Assembly (NCBI RefSeq): GCF_018977255.1
Contig: NW_024704743.1
Coordinates: 69,442,001-69,506,000 of the forward strand
Reading direction: 5' to 3'
From: Callorhinchus milii
Lineage: Eukaryota
Length of the DNA: 64,000 nt
Made by a program: the position numbers and the translations under genes. Below, in pieces: positions 24,156 through 37,589 of the stretch (position 1 is the stretch's first letter; each line of letters starts with the position of its first letter). Below the pieces are notes generated by a model. It was given only the letters and a program-made list of their open reading frames with translations, was not told where the DNA came from and did not search any database.

Positions 24156-25839
24156 GATCAGCCGAATGGCCTCCTTCTGTGTCTTCTCTTTCTTTCTTTC
24201 TCTCCCTCTCTCCCTTTCCCTCCTATTTTCGCCCACAAAACACACAGTCACTACACTTTACAGTATATTCTGTGAAGCGCTTTCAGATGTCTCGAAGACG
24301 TGATAAGGTGCTATATCAAATGCAAGGATTATTATTATTATACTCTATGATTTTATGGTTCTAAGATCCTATGATTATGATTACGTGCTCTGGAGGCTTC
24401 AGAATGAAGTTGTCACAATGCACTGCTTATCCCAGAGAAGAGTGCCACTAAGGCAGGTCCAGAGAGTTTGTGCAAAAGGAAATGTGTGAGAGGGAGAGTA
24501 AACTGTGGGAGGGCAACATGCCAGGGGTTGTTATACCAGGAGAAGTATATTTTTCTTCCTGCTGCTTCAAGAAACTACTTTACAACATATGGCTTTGTGA
24601 GCCAGCAGGGAAAACGAACTCTGGGGTTGTCGCCTATTTATCAAATGAATAACAAAGGACACCGATAGAAAGTAGCAGTCTTCTTGAAATTAGAGGTGAA
24701 TAGGAAATATTAAGTGGTCAGCATTAGATAACTCAACTTAATTATAGTCTATGTTTATCTTAATCTTTCTTTCTTGGTCTTAGGCAGACAGGGCTTTGGT
24801 TTAATGTCTCATCCAAAGGACCATGTAGCACACTCCCAGCATTACACTTGAGTGTCAGTTTACTTTAGACTATTTGAGTTCCAAGTCTCAACATGGGGCT
24901 TGAAATGTGTCCACTGTTTGGATTGCATTTGGTGTGTTATGAAAAAAAACAGTAAATTGAAACCATTACAAATTATTCAGCAGTGTTGATCAGCATTACT
25001 CTCTGACTTCATTGAAGAAAGTAATTTTTTAGCACGATTGGCCTAATTCAACAGTCCGTTTGCAAAAAAAATGAATGTAATGAATACTTTTTAAATCAAA
25101 AAAATAATCATTGTCACATCTGTTTTCCTTCCTCCAGATGTTAAAATTCCTGGTTTATATATGCTGGTGATCAACCATCCACATCCCCACAGACTGCCAA
25201 AGATCAAATACACAATACTTTCATGGTCTCTGAGCAATCAGATCCAATAGTTTGCATTAGATTGCCAGGGCTCCCACCCAAAACCATCATAGACAACCTC
25301 ACTTTCACTCAATAACCAACACCAAGTTTGACACTTTTTAATTTTTTTACTGTGACACAGTGAGTTACCACATAGAAATCTTGTCAAGTGTAGTGACTGT
25401 GTTTGTAGGCAAATGCAGAAGCCGTTTGGGCCAGAAAGTCCCAGAAGCAGCTATGAGTTTATCTGGAAGATTGTTGGCCAGGACATTTGGAGGAACACTT
25501 TTGCCTTTTTGAATAGTATTATGAGATTTTTTTAAATCCTTGTGAACAAGTTTAACATCTCATCTGAAAAAGCACCTCCTTCAATGACTAAGAGCAGAGA
25601 TTCTCAAACTTTGTCACAGTGAACCTCCGTACGCTAAGAAAAGAAATTGCACCTCCTCATAGTTTACTAAGACAACACAAGGAACTGAAAATCCCATACT
25701 TTGCAAGAATACAAGTAATAAAGTAGAAGGGCTGTGATCAAAATAGTTATGATAAGAGTATGATTGTCAAAAGTATTAATTTTATTCCATAAAGCACCTT
25801 TCGTTTTATCTCACAGTTCTGTTCAAAAAAGAGTACAAA

Positions 25840-26112
25840 TCACTGCCATTGGTCTGCACCCCTCAACCACTCTGCCCCCAACCTCCGGAATTCCATCCCC
25901 CAGTCACTCCACCTCGCCCCCTCCTTAGCCTCCTTCAAGTCCCGCCTCAAGACCTTCCTCTTCGACCATGCCATCGGCCACCCCCCTTCCCCTCCCCTCC
26001 CTTCTCCCCCCTGACCCCAGCTCGGATCTGAAATGCTGTACACTGTCCAGCCTTGGGACGTCCTCCCGACATGAAAGGCGCTATACAAATGTAATCTTGT
26101 TGTTGTTGTTGA
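25840..26112 (+). mobile_element. L2 LINE 3' end
   Basis: ctccttcaagtcccgcctcaagaccttcctcttcgacc (FKSRLKTFLF), 3' stem-loop and (ttg)n tail. Confidence 0.88.
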
Positions 26113-27353
26113 TCTAACACAACCAAATCCAATGAGTTAGACACATATCCCAACTTTAATCTACAGAATGACTATCCACTTATCAAATAATAATCCTTGC
26201 ATTTGATAGAGCGCTTTTCATGTCAGGAGGATATCTCAAAGTATCTTGTTGGCAAGAATGAGTGTTTTGGGATCTAGAGTTTTTGACTTTGAATTTGATG
26301 CTGATCTCTGGAAGGTGAATAACAACTCCCAAGAGCTCTGTAGGGACTCCTCTTCAACAAACAGTGCAATTTCTTATTCAGTATCTTTACAAGGCTTTTA
26401 TATACCGATAACAATATTCATGTTCTGCATAGCTCAAATAAAGTTCAGCATTCAAAAGAATGGTTCTCATCTTTTGTATACTAAGTCAACACAGCTACTG
26501 ACGCAGGAATTAATCCACTTTTGGAAATGTTTTTTCACTTGCTAGAATGAACCAAAGCTTCAGCTGTTACAACAATTGATCATAAGCAAAGTGGCCAGTG
26601 TGTTAGCATTTGCACGTGGAACACATTTACTGGAATATGATGTGATCTCAAACCAATAACAGTGTCGAGTGCAGGAGATTGACTGAATTAGCTAATCTCA
26701 AAGGAATGGCATTTTACTGAGACATCCTGGTTTATATAGTCAGTGTTATTTTTTGTCTGACTGGAGTTAATGGACAATTTACAATTTGTGTATGAATTTG
26801 TGTCTGGTCTGTCAGGGCAAATATTACTCGCAATTTTTACTTTACTCAAAGATAATTTAGAGTTTTAATACAATACAATTAGAAAGTGCTTGAAAGCATT
26901 CAATTCTACAGACTTGAGCCTCCTGACAAATAGTGAAATTTTATATTTAAATAAATGTGCATGTGAATGTTCTCAGAATGGTCACCAAAAATGTCAGCTG
27001 GTACAACTGTATAACATTTGGAGCAAATTAGTTGTATTTTGTTGTAAAGCATAATGTTATATACACACACACACATACAGAATATACTTTTTTTTAGCAA
27101 AAAATGGCTTTTTAAACTAATGATCTTCTGAAACATTTGTTTCGTTTTGAGGACCTAGTTGATTTTACAATAATAAAACGCAATCTGTTTTTACTTAAGC
27201 ATTGTGCCTGTGATGGGTGAACACAAGAAAACCTAGTTTTATAAAGAGGAAGATATATAGTTGACTGAGGAGAGGAAATGTTTAGGTGTTGAAAGGTGAC
27301 CCTTCAGCACATAAACACTCTTGGCAAAATATTGTTTCCTTAGGAGCAACATT

Positions 27354-27669
27354 GAAGTCCTGTAGCTCAGTGGTTAGAGCACTCGCTTTGCAAGCGAGAT
27401 ACCTGAGTTCAATTCCAGGCAGGGCGAAACCTTGGGCAAGTTTCCTTACTCCACACAGAGCCTAATAATAATCCCTCCAAAACCAAAAACAATAATAAAT
27501 TGGTCATTTTCAATCTATGACTGTTTGTGGGACATTGCTGTGCGCAATTGGCTGCCGCGTTCGCCCACAAATATAGTCAATTCACTTTACAGTGTGTTCT
27601 GTGAAGCGCTTTGGGACGTCCTCCCGACGTGAAAAGCGCTATATCAAATGCAAGGATTATTATTATTAT
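27354..27669 (+). mobile_element. tRNA-Ala-derived SINE, young subfamily, full length
   Basis: A box tagctcagtgg, anticodon arm ctcgc-tttgcaa-gcgag, B box gagttcaattcc, tail caaggattattattattat. Confidence 0.95.
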
Positions 27670-28028
27670 GGTTGAATCAGTGCTATAATGACACACATTA
27701 TAATGGGACAGTACTGTATAAAACATGAAGTGGGGATAGGCAGACATCTGGTCAATCTAATGTGGCCCCTGTGGAAATGTGGAGAGGGAGATTTTAAGAC
27801 TGTTCCAGCTATCCTATTCTTGCTTCCTGTATGTAGCACCTTGTATTTATCTCTATTAAACTTAATTTGCCATTTATAAGCCCATGTGCCTACCCTAACA
27901 AGTTGTCTTTCTAAGAACTTTGCTGTCTTCTATGATCACACAATTGCTCCCCAAACTTGGTGTCATCTGTTAAGTTATTTATCTTGCATTGGTCTGTGGA
28001 TTCAGGTCATTAATATACAGAAAGAAGC

Positions 28029-28535
28029 CGCACCAGGCTTCGTGACCATATCACTCCCACCCTCGCTTGCCTCCACTGGCTCGCTATTCCCCAGAGGTTA
28101 GAATCCAAGATCCTCATCCTCGCCTACAAGGCCATTCACGGCCTTGCTCCCTCCTACCTCTCTGACCTACTATCCCCCTACTTACCTGCCCGTACCCTCC
28201 GTTCCTCTGGCTCCGGTCTGCTACACATCCCCCGCCCCAACCGCCCTACCATCGGTGGCCGGGCCTTCAGCCTCTCAGCCCCGAGGCTCTGGAACTCCAT
28301 CCCCCAGTGCCTTCCCTTGCCTCCTCCCTTTCGTCCTTCAAGGCCGGTCTCAAGACCTTTCTCTTTGACCGTGCCTTCAGCTCCCCTCTCGACTCTCTAC
28401 CCCCTCCTCGCTCCCTCCCTTCCCTCTCCTCACCCTGACCATTTCCCCACTGCTCGGATCCTGACCCAACTGTACAGCGCCTTGGGACGTCCTCCCGACG
28501 TGAAAGGCGCTCTATAAATGGAATCTTGTTGTTGT
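28029..28535 (+). mobile_element. L2 LINE, 5'-truncated, relatively young
   Basis: RTRLRDHITPTLA..KILILAYKAIHGLAPSYLSDLL..GGRAFS..LWNSIP, then 3' stem-loop and (ttg)n tail; CpGs largely retained. Confidence 0.92.
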
Positions 28536-29057
28536 AAAACAGAATTAAACAATTTGCCCAATTCTGCACCCTCTCAAATATTCTGTTAACAGATGAAATC
28601 TAGACCCTGGAGAATTTCTACCCACAAGTTGTTTAATTGGCTTGATGTAAATAAATGTAAGTATTCACATGCTTTTCTCTCCATTTCATGCTAGTGTCAC
28701 ACAATAAGCATAACTATTAACTCATTCCAAACATCAATCTTCAAAATGTTCAATCTCCTCACCTCGACCCAGATGACCTCCAACTGCAGCTCTTGATAAT
28801 TCAATGAGAGTTAGACCCACTTTGCTGGCTATTCCATTTGCTTCGTTGGAGTGTTCTTGGAGGAATTCAAGCTGTATTTTGGTTTGCTTCAGGCTATTAT
28901 GTGCATTCCCACAAATATGAATACTTTCAGTTGCCCAAACAAGTAAATAGATTTGTTTGTACTTAGCCTGTCAGGCCATTTATCTAAAAATGCAAAACTA
29001 TGGAAAATTCTTAAATTCAGTCTTCATTTAGAGACTTATTTTTAAGAACTGTGGGAA

Positions 29058-29724
29058 ACAACAACAACAAAAACAAATTACATTTCTATTGCGCCTTTCA
29101 CATCGGGAGGACATCTAAGGCACTGGACAATCAGGGATTTGGACCCAAGCAGAGGGTTGGGATTAGGAGGGGTACAGGGCAGGGAAAGTAAGAGCAGGAG
29201 GATGACCGAAGTATGGTCGAAGAGGAGGGTCTGAAGACATGCTTTGAAGGAGGTAAGGGAGGGAGCAAGGCAAAGGGACTGGGATAGAGTTCCAAAGGGT
29301 GGGGGCGGAGAGGCTGAAGACACGAACACCATTGGAGGGGCGGGGTACATGGAGCAAGCCACAGCCTTCTGAGCAGAGGGAGCGGACAAGTTGATATGGG
29401 GACAGCACATCACAGAGGAGCAAGGCTGTGGAGGGCTTTGAAGATGAGGATTTTGAACTTTATCCTCTGGGGGATGGGGAGTCGGTGGAGCCGGGCGAGA
29501 GTGGGGTTGATAGAGTCACGGAGCCTGGTGAGGAAGAGAACACAAGCTGCAGAGTTCTGGATGATCTGCAGCTTGTGGAGGGAAGAGGTCAGAAGACCGA
29601 CAAGCAGGGAGTTGGCGTAGTCAAGCCTAGATGTGATGAATACATTGATGAGTGTCTCGATGGCCTGAGGGGAGAGGCAGTGGCAGAGTTGGGCGATGCT
29701 ATGGAGATGGGTGAAGGCAGAATA
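29058..29724 (-). mobile_element. L2 LINE, 5'-truncated
   Basis: ETLINVFITSRLDYANSLLVGL..LQIIQNSAACVL..LHRLPIPQRIKFKILIFKALHSLAP and (caa)n tail. Confidence 0.92.
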
Positions 29725-30361
29725 AGTCGTGGCATGGATGTGAAATACTTTAAGATGTCTTCCCAATGTGAAACATGTTATAAAACTGGCTGAATATGGG
29801 GATTTGAGAAGGGACTTTCATCCAGTGACCTGGGCAACAATCCCCCAAATAAAATTGGTCATTCACTTGGTTGTTGTTTGTGGAGTGTTGCTATGCACAA
29901 ACTGGCTGCTGCATTCATCTACAAAAATATAGTTACTATATTTTACTTTCCAGTAAATCCTGTAACGCTCTTTGAAATGTGGAATTTTGGTTCTCAAATG
30001 TCCATTTAGAATACTAAATAAGTTACTCGATCTTTATCTTAAAAAACTGAGCTTGAGTGGTATAATTGAGGCTTTTAGTGTTCAAAACCTCACTCACCTT
30101 TCTCTTTCATTTAATATCTGCATAAAAGATTCTATCTAAATTTCTGTGAAATGTTTTATTGAAACTGAAAAATATTTGGATACAGGCAATCCTTAAAGCC
30201 AAACAGTTCTCAGAACAGACAAAATGAAAAAGTATCTGTCAGATTCCCTTAAACATCCTACATCCAGTAGAACCCTATTATAATGTGTTTTGTTATAGCA
30301 CAGGTTCACTTTATTGAGGTGTGGACCCTGACATTTGCTTACCAAAAAATCCAAATTCAAA

Positions 30362-30635
30362 GCCTCACTCAGTTGGTAGCACTCTCGCCTCTGAGCCAGA
30401 AGGTTGTGGATTCAAAGCTTACATCGGGACATTGAACTTAGATAGTCTAATCTGACACTCCAATTAGAGTTGGGGGTGTGGAATGTTCTACCTTGTTGAA
30501 GGTGCCTTCCTTCAGTTGAGAAATCCTGTCTAACTGTTCAGGTGAATGTAAAAGGTGATGTGGCACTATTTAAAACTCCAAAGAATGGAGTTTCTCCTGG
30601 TGTCCTGGCCAACATTTCTCTAGCTGACTGGCTCA
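30362..30635 (+). mobile_element. Deu-type SINE
   Basis: ctcagttggtagcactctcgcctctgagccagaaggttgtggattcaa head and Deu body. Confidence 0.7.
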
Positions 30636-30944
30636 CTTCAAAAGGATAGCCAGCTTCCAACTTGTGTAAGCAATATTTACCCTGGTCAAAGGTAATTGGG
30701 ATGTCCTCCTGACGTGAAAGGCGCTCTATAAATGTAATCTTGTTGTTGTTGTTGTTGTTGTTGTTGTATATGCTCACAAGTTTGTTTAGACCCTGATGGT
30801 AAATGGTAAAGGCAGGCAGAGACTTGAGATGTTACAATCGAGCAAAACTTATTTAATTAACGCACATTAGCATATTATATATAGGAGATAAAGATTATGC
30901 TTTCAACTGCTTCATTCAGTTGGTAGCACTCAGTTGGTACAACT

Positions 30945-31135
30945 GTAATGCGTAATTTAGAACTGGCGGGTAATTCAATCCATGTCCTGGAGAACAGTCA
31001 AGAGTTATCGTCTTTTACTGGGGTTTGTTGGCGCTGGGTAATCCAGTCCGCGTCAACTACAACGTGTAGTTCAGAACCACCAAGTAATCTAATCTGCGTC
31101 CTGGAGAAGAATCAGAGTTATCATCCTTTACTGTT
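30945..31135. repeat. Imperfect tandem duplication, period ~113 bp
   Basis: gtcctggagaacagtcaagagttatcgtcttttactg versus gtcctggagaagaatcagagttatcatcctttactg. Confidence 0.65.
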
Positions 31136-32409
31136 GACAGCTGTATTTTTTGTTTGCAGTTAGCAAGTCTGTTGCTCTTCTGATTTCACAAAAAAAGCAA
31201 ATTGCTTAAACATAATACAATAAAATTGGTTACTCACTTCATGGCTGTTTGTGGGACACTGTTGTGTGCACATAGGCTGCTGCATTTTGTAGGCTGCTGT
31301 ATTTGCCTACAAAATACGTAGTCACTGCACTTTACAGTATATCCTGTGAAGCGCTTTGAGACATTCTCCCAAATATGAAAGAACTGTGGAAAATTTGTTT
31401 CCAAATTGTGACTTAATTTAATATATTTACAAAATCTGTAGTCTTGTCTTTAAAGACAATGGTCACCAGCTTATGACTGTGAATATTTTTAGGCCTCTAA
31501 TGTGCAAATCAAATATCCTGCCTTTTATGTAGAAACTAATGAATGAGCCAGTATTTTGTTAATTGCCTCTGTTAAATGTATAAACAGATGTTTACAAGTA
31601 ACTGGTGGTATCACAGCCAAGCAAAGAGACTTCGTGCAATGATTAAGATGGAGTCATTTGATAGTTTAAATGCGTTGTAATTTTCACTAAGAAACTTGCA
31701 GACTTGTGACTACATCTCAAAACATCTGTGCAGAGGCAATGAAATCTGCATTTTATCATAATCCGCTTTGATTCCCAGAGCTCTCTATTTTCTAACCTTC
31801 AGGCTCAACTGTTAATCAGCTCTTAAGTATTTTTACAGCAAATCCACTGGAACCCAATATACAGAACACAGTTTCTTCTACACTGGCCCAGCACATCATG
31901 AACCACAGGGTTGTGTTTCATTTCACCAGCGACCTCATTTATTGTTTTACAATTAATGGTGCCGGCTTCAATCTTTCAGCTCGCAACTGACACATTACAC
32001 ATGTAAACTCTTATTAAGTTAACATTGTTCCAGTACTTGACATTAACATTTCCAGAAGGCAAAGCCAGGAATAAAGAAACATGTATTCAATGAACTTTAC
32101 TTTTATAACTCAGGGAAAATAAGAACCAGAATGGTAGAGCTTGACATCATAAGAATAGCCAGTGTGTTGGAAATTCATACTGATGCAAATGAGTAAAATG
32201 AGCTTCAAGCTGTAGATTAGAACATTTTGCAAGAGCAGAATAATCAAAATGTTATTGTGTATTTATCCAAGCTGTTACTGGCTTGGGTGTCCTGATGCCG
32301 CCATTGGAACCTAAGACGATGGTGCTCAATTCCCATAATGGATGAAGGCTCACCTTATAAACGTGAAGAACATTAAAACAAAAGAAGAAAGCTCAATGAA
32401 TAAATAGGT

Positions 32410-33092
32410 CGTGAGTCAGCCTGGCTCAGTTGGCAACTCTCTTACCTTTGAGTCAGAAAATTGTGGGTTCAAGTCTTTGAACTCACACAGTCTAGGCCAG
32501 TGATGGCCAACCATTTTGGTCGACCAACAAAATAAATTTTTGTGATTGAATATTTTTTGATTTATAACATTAATGCTTGAATTTGATATAGCACCTCATT
32601 ATGTCTTTGATGCCATAAATCAAGAAATATTCAATCAAGCAAAAATCTGAAAGCATACCTATGATCAAATACCAACTTACGGAGACTGGTGCGAATCGTT
32701 TGGGGGGTTCTTCTTGATGGTTTCATGGGCCACTTCTGGCTCAAGGCTACAGGTTGGCCACCACTAGTCTGGCTAACACTAGTACTGGGGTGTGTTGCAC
32801 TTTGGAGGTGCCGTCTTTCGGAAGAGACATCAAAACAAGATCCCGTCTGGCTGTTCAGGTTAAAGATTTCACAACATTAGATGAAAAAGAGGTGGGAGTG
32901 TCTCTCAGTGTCCTGGCCAACAATCCCCCAAATAAAATTGGTCATTCACTTTATGACTGCTTGTGGGACATTGCTGTGTGCAAATTGGCTGCTGTGTTGG
33001 CCTGCAAATACAAACACTACACTTGATAGTAATTCCTGTGAAACATCCTCCTGACATGAAAGGTGATTGTATAAAAACTAAGGATTATTATC
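32410..33092 (+). mobile_element. Deu-type SINE interrupted by hAT MITE
   Basis: Head gtgagtcagcctggctcagttggc. Body resumes after 32766 with ggaggtgccgtctttcggaagagac. Confidence 0.8.
32498..32766. mobile_element. hAT (Charlie-like) MITE, complete
   Basis: TIRs cagtgatggccaacc / ggttggccaccacta. Flanks gtctaggc / gtct-ggc form an 8-bp TSD close to the Charlie NTCTAGAN target preference. Confidence 0.8.
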
Positions 33093-33150
33093 AAATGCCA
33101 GGATTTTTATTATTTCATGAGAAACGCTTAGAGATGTCCTCCCAACATAA

Positions 33151-33685
33151 AAACAACAACAACAAATTACATTCCCGTCAGGACACGCGCTGGACAGTCA
33201 GAGAATTGGATCTGATTGGGGTGGGGGATGGAGGTCAGGGAAGGTAGGGTAGGAGGGTGACGGAAGGTGTGGTTGAAGAAGAGGGTTTTTTTAAGCCAGG
33301 AGGGGGCAAGGCGAAGCGACTGTGGGATGGAGTTCCAAACGGTAGGGGCAAAAAGGCTGAAGGTCCAACTGCTGATGGTGGTATGGGCAGAGTGAGAGAC
33401 ATGCAACAGGCCAGAACCTGCTGAGCGGAGGGACCGGACAGGTCAGTATGGAGTTAACAGGTCACAAAGATAGGGAGGAGCAAGGCAATGAAGGGCTTTG
33501 AAGGCGAAAATGAGCAGTTTGAACTCAATCCTCTGAGGGAATGGGGAGCCAGTGGAGCTGAATGAGGATGCTGGTTGTAGGGTCACTGAACCTGGTGCGG
33601 AAGAGGACATGAGCTACAGAGTTCTGAATAATCTGCAGCTTGTGGAGGGAAGATTTGGGTAGACTGACAAGCAGAGAGTTAGCAT
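33151..33685 (-). mobile_element. L2 LINE 3' fragment
   Basis: (caa)n tail; homologous to 29058-29724. Confidence 0.85.
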
Positions 33686-36099
33686 AAAGCAGGGAGAAAA
33701 CACTATTTCAAATGCAAGGATTATTATAAGACAGGAATTTAACTTCCAAAGGATGAAATAATGGTGATTGTGCATTTCAATATTTACCATGTTATACCAT
33801 AACCAAGGCAAAGGATTTTATTGAATTCTTAGCCGCAGTAAGCAAACAAGTTTCAGTTAATCTGAATATACGGTCACAGTGACTGTTACCCTTTCGTTGT
33901 AAAGGAACATAATTTCTAGAACATTTATTTTCAGCATATTCATTGCATGAATAATGGTTTACTACCACTGTGCCAGACTGAAAATATTAAGCCAAATGTT
34001 TGTGTTCCCAATCATGCATGTTGAAGGTTTTAAGAAAATTACAGGTCTGTAAATAATGATTAGATGTTTTCCTTTGCAAAGAGTTGGACCCCCTTGCTGA
34101 TAAAGACTTTGGTGAGTAAAACCTTTCATTATGTGTTATTAGTGCGGAGACAGCCAACAAACATATTGCAGACACAAATATGTAAAAGTTCATAATTCTG
34201 GAAAGTGTTACCGTAAAGTTTTTCACTCAACAAGCCTAAAATGCATCCTCTGCCTGATGCCTGCTTCCAAGTCAACGCTTTCAAACCATAGAGCCATGAG
34301 CCACATGTGGCTTATAAAGGATCATCGTGTGCTTCACAGCCACCTCAGCTTCAGCAGAAATTATGGGTCTCAGACAATTCCCACTGACAATGTGTATATG
34401 AATGCAGTAAAACTTTCTCTAATCAGGCTCTTCGAATATTCAATTGAAACAGTCATCTAAAAAAATTCTCCACTGAATAATCAAACAACAACGAGTATAC
34501 TCAATAGATACATGTTTTTCGAGTGACAACATAATTACATAGATTTGTATATTAAACATACAATTCCCACAAACTGTTCTCCATGCATTTAAATGAATCT
34601 AACTTGCATCTCAAGTCCACTTTCTTCTTATGTAAATGTGTATCAATTAAATACAAGCAACTTGCAACTGTAAAAGCATCAATGGCTTGTTTACAAAGTT
34701 ATATTTGAAAATGTAAGAATTATTGCATATTCTCTGTAAGTTTGAATTGACTGTGGAATATTTGAAAACGGCCCATGTTTTCGACGTGTATTTACATACG
34801 TTTGCAATGTCTTTGTTGTAGTGATTCCACTCCACTATTGCTGCATATGTCTTTCATTTGAGACGTCTCGAAGACGTGATAAGGCACTGTATCAAATATA
34901 AGGATTATTATTTATTTATAAATATCACATTTGTTTTTTCAGACATCTCGAAGATGTGAAAGCGGATCATATCAAGCGCAAGAATTAATAATATTATTAA
35001 TATTATTATTATTTATTATTATTATCAAATGCAGCTGAGCCAGTTCCTAACTAAAGACTAACCCTGGGTGTGTTCTTCTTTGACTCCATCCCAAACGTCG
35101 AAGCTGATCCAATGGAGCCATTGGACTTGATGGCCCACCCTACCTGACTCTATGTGTTTCCTGCTGCGATCACCTACACATTCACAGTGGTTACACTTTA
35201 CAGAAAAATAATCCTGCAAACCGTCTTGAAACTTTTCAATGTGGTAAAGCACAAAATCAAATGCAAAGATTCTTCTTCTTGCAATAATGATTATTTGTGC
35301 CAGGCAAGTCGATTGGGGTATTTGTGTCTGGAGACAAAGCCACAAGAATAAATTGCAGGGAGAGAAGGGTGCCTGAAATTAAACCAAAATATTTCTCTAC
35401 ATCTTCTCTTTTGGCGGTTGTGGTGGTGGCAGCACTGGGGGCAATAGTTGATTCAAATCCTCACAGGTAATGGCAGAGCATTCCATGCCTGGTTATTTAC
35501 TAATGGATTTAAATCTGTTTCCCTGTTTCTGACAGTCTCGAAGGGGAGCCTGATCCTTGTCATTTTTTGCGGTGAGTATACATTTGTTTTCTCTGGCAAT
35601 GTAAGGGAGGATGATGTGTCATTGTTGCTTGATGCCCACTCAGCTTTATAGGCTAAACATTTGGCTGGAGCTTCACGATAATAACTATGGACACTGAAGC
35701 TTGAATGCCAAGCATTGAGTGGTTACACCTATTGAATAGTTTACATCACGAGACTGAAGTTGTGTTCAGAGGCAAGGGGTTAAGTTTGCAAAGTTTTAAA
35801 GTACTGTATTACTTGTGGTGGTTTACACTGCGCTTCCCTCCTGGGCAGTTGAATGTTCCTTTCACATCTGAATCACACCATCTTTATTCTCTCTTGAGGT
35901 TAATATTATTCCTAAATTTTAGTCACCCAGCTGGACTTCTGTCTAGTGTTTTTTATTCAATTTTTACTGATCTAATAAGCAGGAGCAAAATCCACACTCT
36001 CCCAGGCCAAAATGTTTCTACCAATTTGAGCAACCTTGGCCTGAAGCCGCTCAATTTAAAAAGTTCATCTTTGGATGGAGAAAGGATTGTGTTCTTCTT

Positions 36100-36540
36100 G
36101 CTTTACCGGACAGAATAAGGCTATTCAGCCCATCGTGTATGTCAGTGGTGGCCAAGCTTTTTGGTTGTCCAACAAAACAATTATAGAAATAAAATAGCAT
36201 AGGTTTATGCCATAAATCAAGAAATATTCAATTTGAGAAACATTTATTTTTTGAGACCCACAACTGGTGCCTCTTTGACAAAGCAAACCAATCAATCAGT
36301 TCCATTTATCCAGCTCTTCCCCAGATACATGAATATTAATCCTTTTTAGATACTATCTAGTTCACCCTTCAAAGCTAATATGGAATCTGCCTTGACCACC
36401 GCACCTGGCAGAGCATTCCACACCTCAGCAAACGTCTGTGTACAAAACTCCTCCTAATCTTCCTCTTCGCTCCCTTTGGTCTTGAGTTGATTCCTCTAGC
36501 CTCTAACTTCGCAACCAGTGGAAATATCTTTTCCGTTGTC
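36100..36540 (-). mobile_element. CR1 3' fragment containing a partial hAT MITE (36143-36250)
   Basis: ggctattcagcccatcgtg CR1 terminus (rc) and ggcagagcattccacacc..., with cagtggtggccaa TIR inserted. Confidence 0.65.
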
Positions 36541-36769
36541 ATTCCTTGTGGTTTATCTTTCTTATGGAAAGGCCAGAGAAAGAGTAGGAGGAGAATTGAA
36601 GTAATACAATACGATTTACATTTAGCCAGCATCTTTCACATTAAGAGGATGTTTCAAAGCTGGATGGGGACCCAAGCTCGAGTGGGAACTGAGGGGTTTG
36701 GGGAGGGGAAAGACAACAGACCAAAAGTATTGTGAGATGTGTGTTGAATGAGGCCAGGGAGGGGGAAAT

Positions 36770-37045
36770 GGTAAGAAATGAGCAGTAGAGCGTTCAGATT
36801 CATACTGGCAGACTGAATCGAGATGATTGGCAAAGCAGTTACCCATTCTGTGCTTGACTTCACCAGTATAGTGAATGGACCATAAGCAATGAATCGGGTG
36901 TACAAGATTGTGAAGCTTCCAGCCCCACTGAAAAGAGAGAAGGGAAGGGAAGAACAATCTGATACTGGTGTTGTTGTGATTGAAATGGTGTGAGATGATC
37001 TGGTGAATCCCAGTGGAATGGAAAGTGAGGAAGAGGAAAGAAGAA
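36770..37045 (-). mobile_element. Penelope-like element GIY-YIG endonuclease relic
   Basis: LFLTFHSTGIHQIISHHF..FFPSLLSF..NLVHPIHC..YTGEVKHRMGNCFANHLDSV matches the Penelope pattern NLVYCIxC..YIGETKRRLxxRFxEHLxSV. Confidence 0.75.
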
Positions 37046-37589
37046 AAAAAATCCATATTTGGTTCCATCTGGAAAAAATACTCTTGAATATTTTATATTT
37101 AGCCAAAATGCAATTCAGGATGTTTCAAAATAGTTTCACAAATAGCAATGAACAAAACCAGAAATGATCGTTATGGTTATCTGGTTACTCTCATTTTCCA
37201 TGCACATACACTTATTCCTCAATCCCCTTTCTCCATCAGAAACCTATCTGCTTCCTCGATGAAACTATCCACAGACTTTGTTTGTGCATTTGCTTCATGA
37301 ATAGCTACAAACATAGATTTTAAATGTAATTTTTGTTGACAAAAATGCCTTGATATTTTTACTATTGCTTTATATTCATGGTCATCTGGTACATTCTGGA
37401 TGACCAAGACACAAAATTACTAAATCTGAAAAAATGCTCAGCACAAAAAAACTAAAACGAGAGCCATGTGCATCTTAGGGCATCAATACGACCTTAATCT
37501 GAAGCCACAGCACATACATAGGTTTTATTATATCTTACTCTGTTATTTTAGAGGATGTGCCATGTGATGTCTATCTGAACATCTATCCT

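Noticed and set aside
27354..27426. tRNA-Ala(TGC)-like cloverleaf (also at 3970, 15475, 19843, 38200, 48146)
   Set aside because: It is the head of a multi-copy SINE and runs straight into the SINE body. The acceptor stem has a 1:72 mismatch and U3:G70 rather than the alanine G3:U70 determinant.
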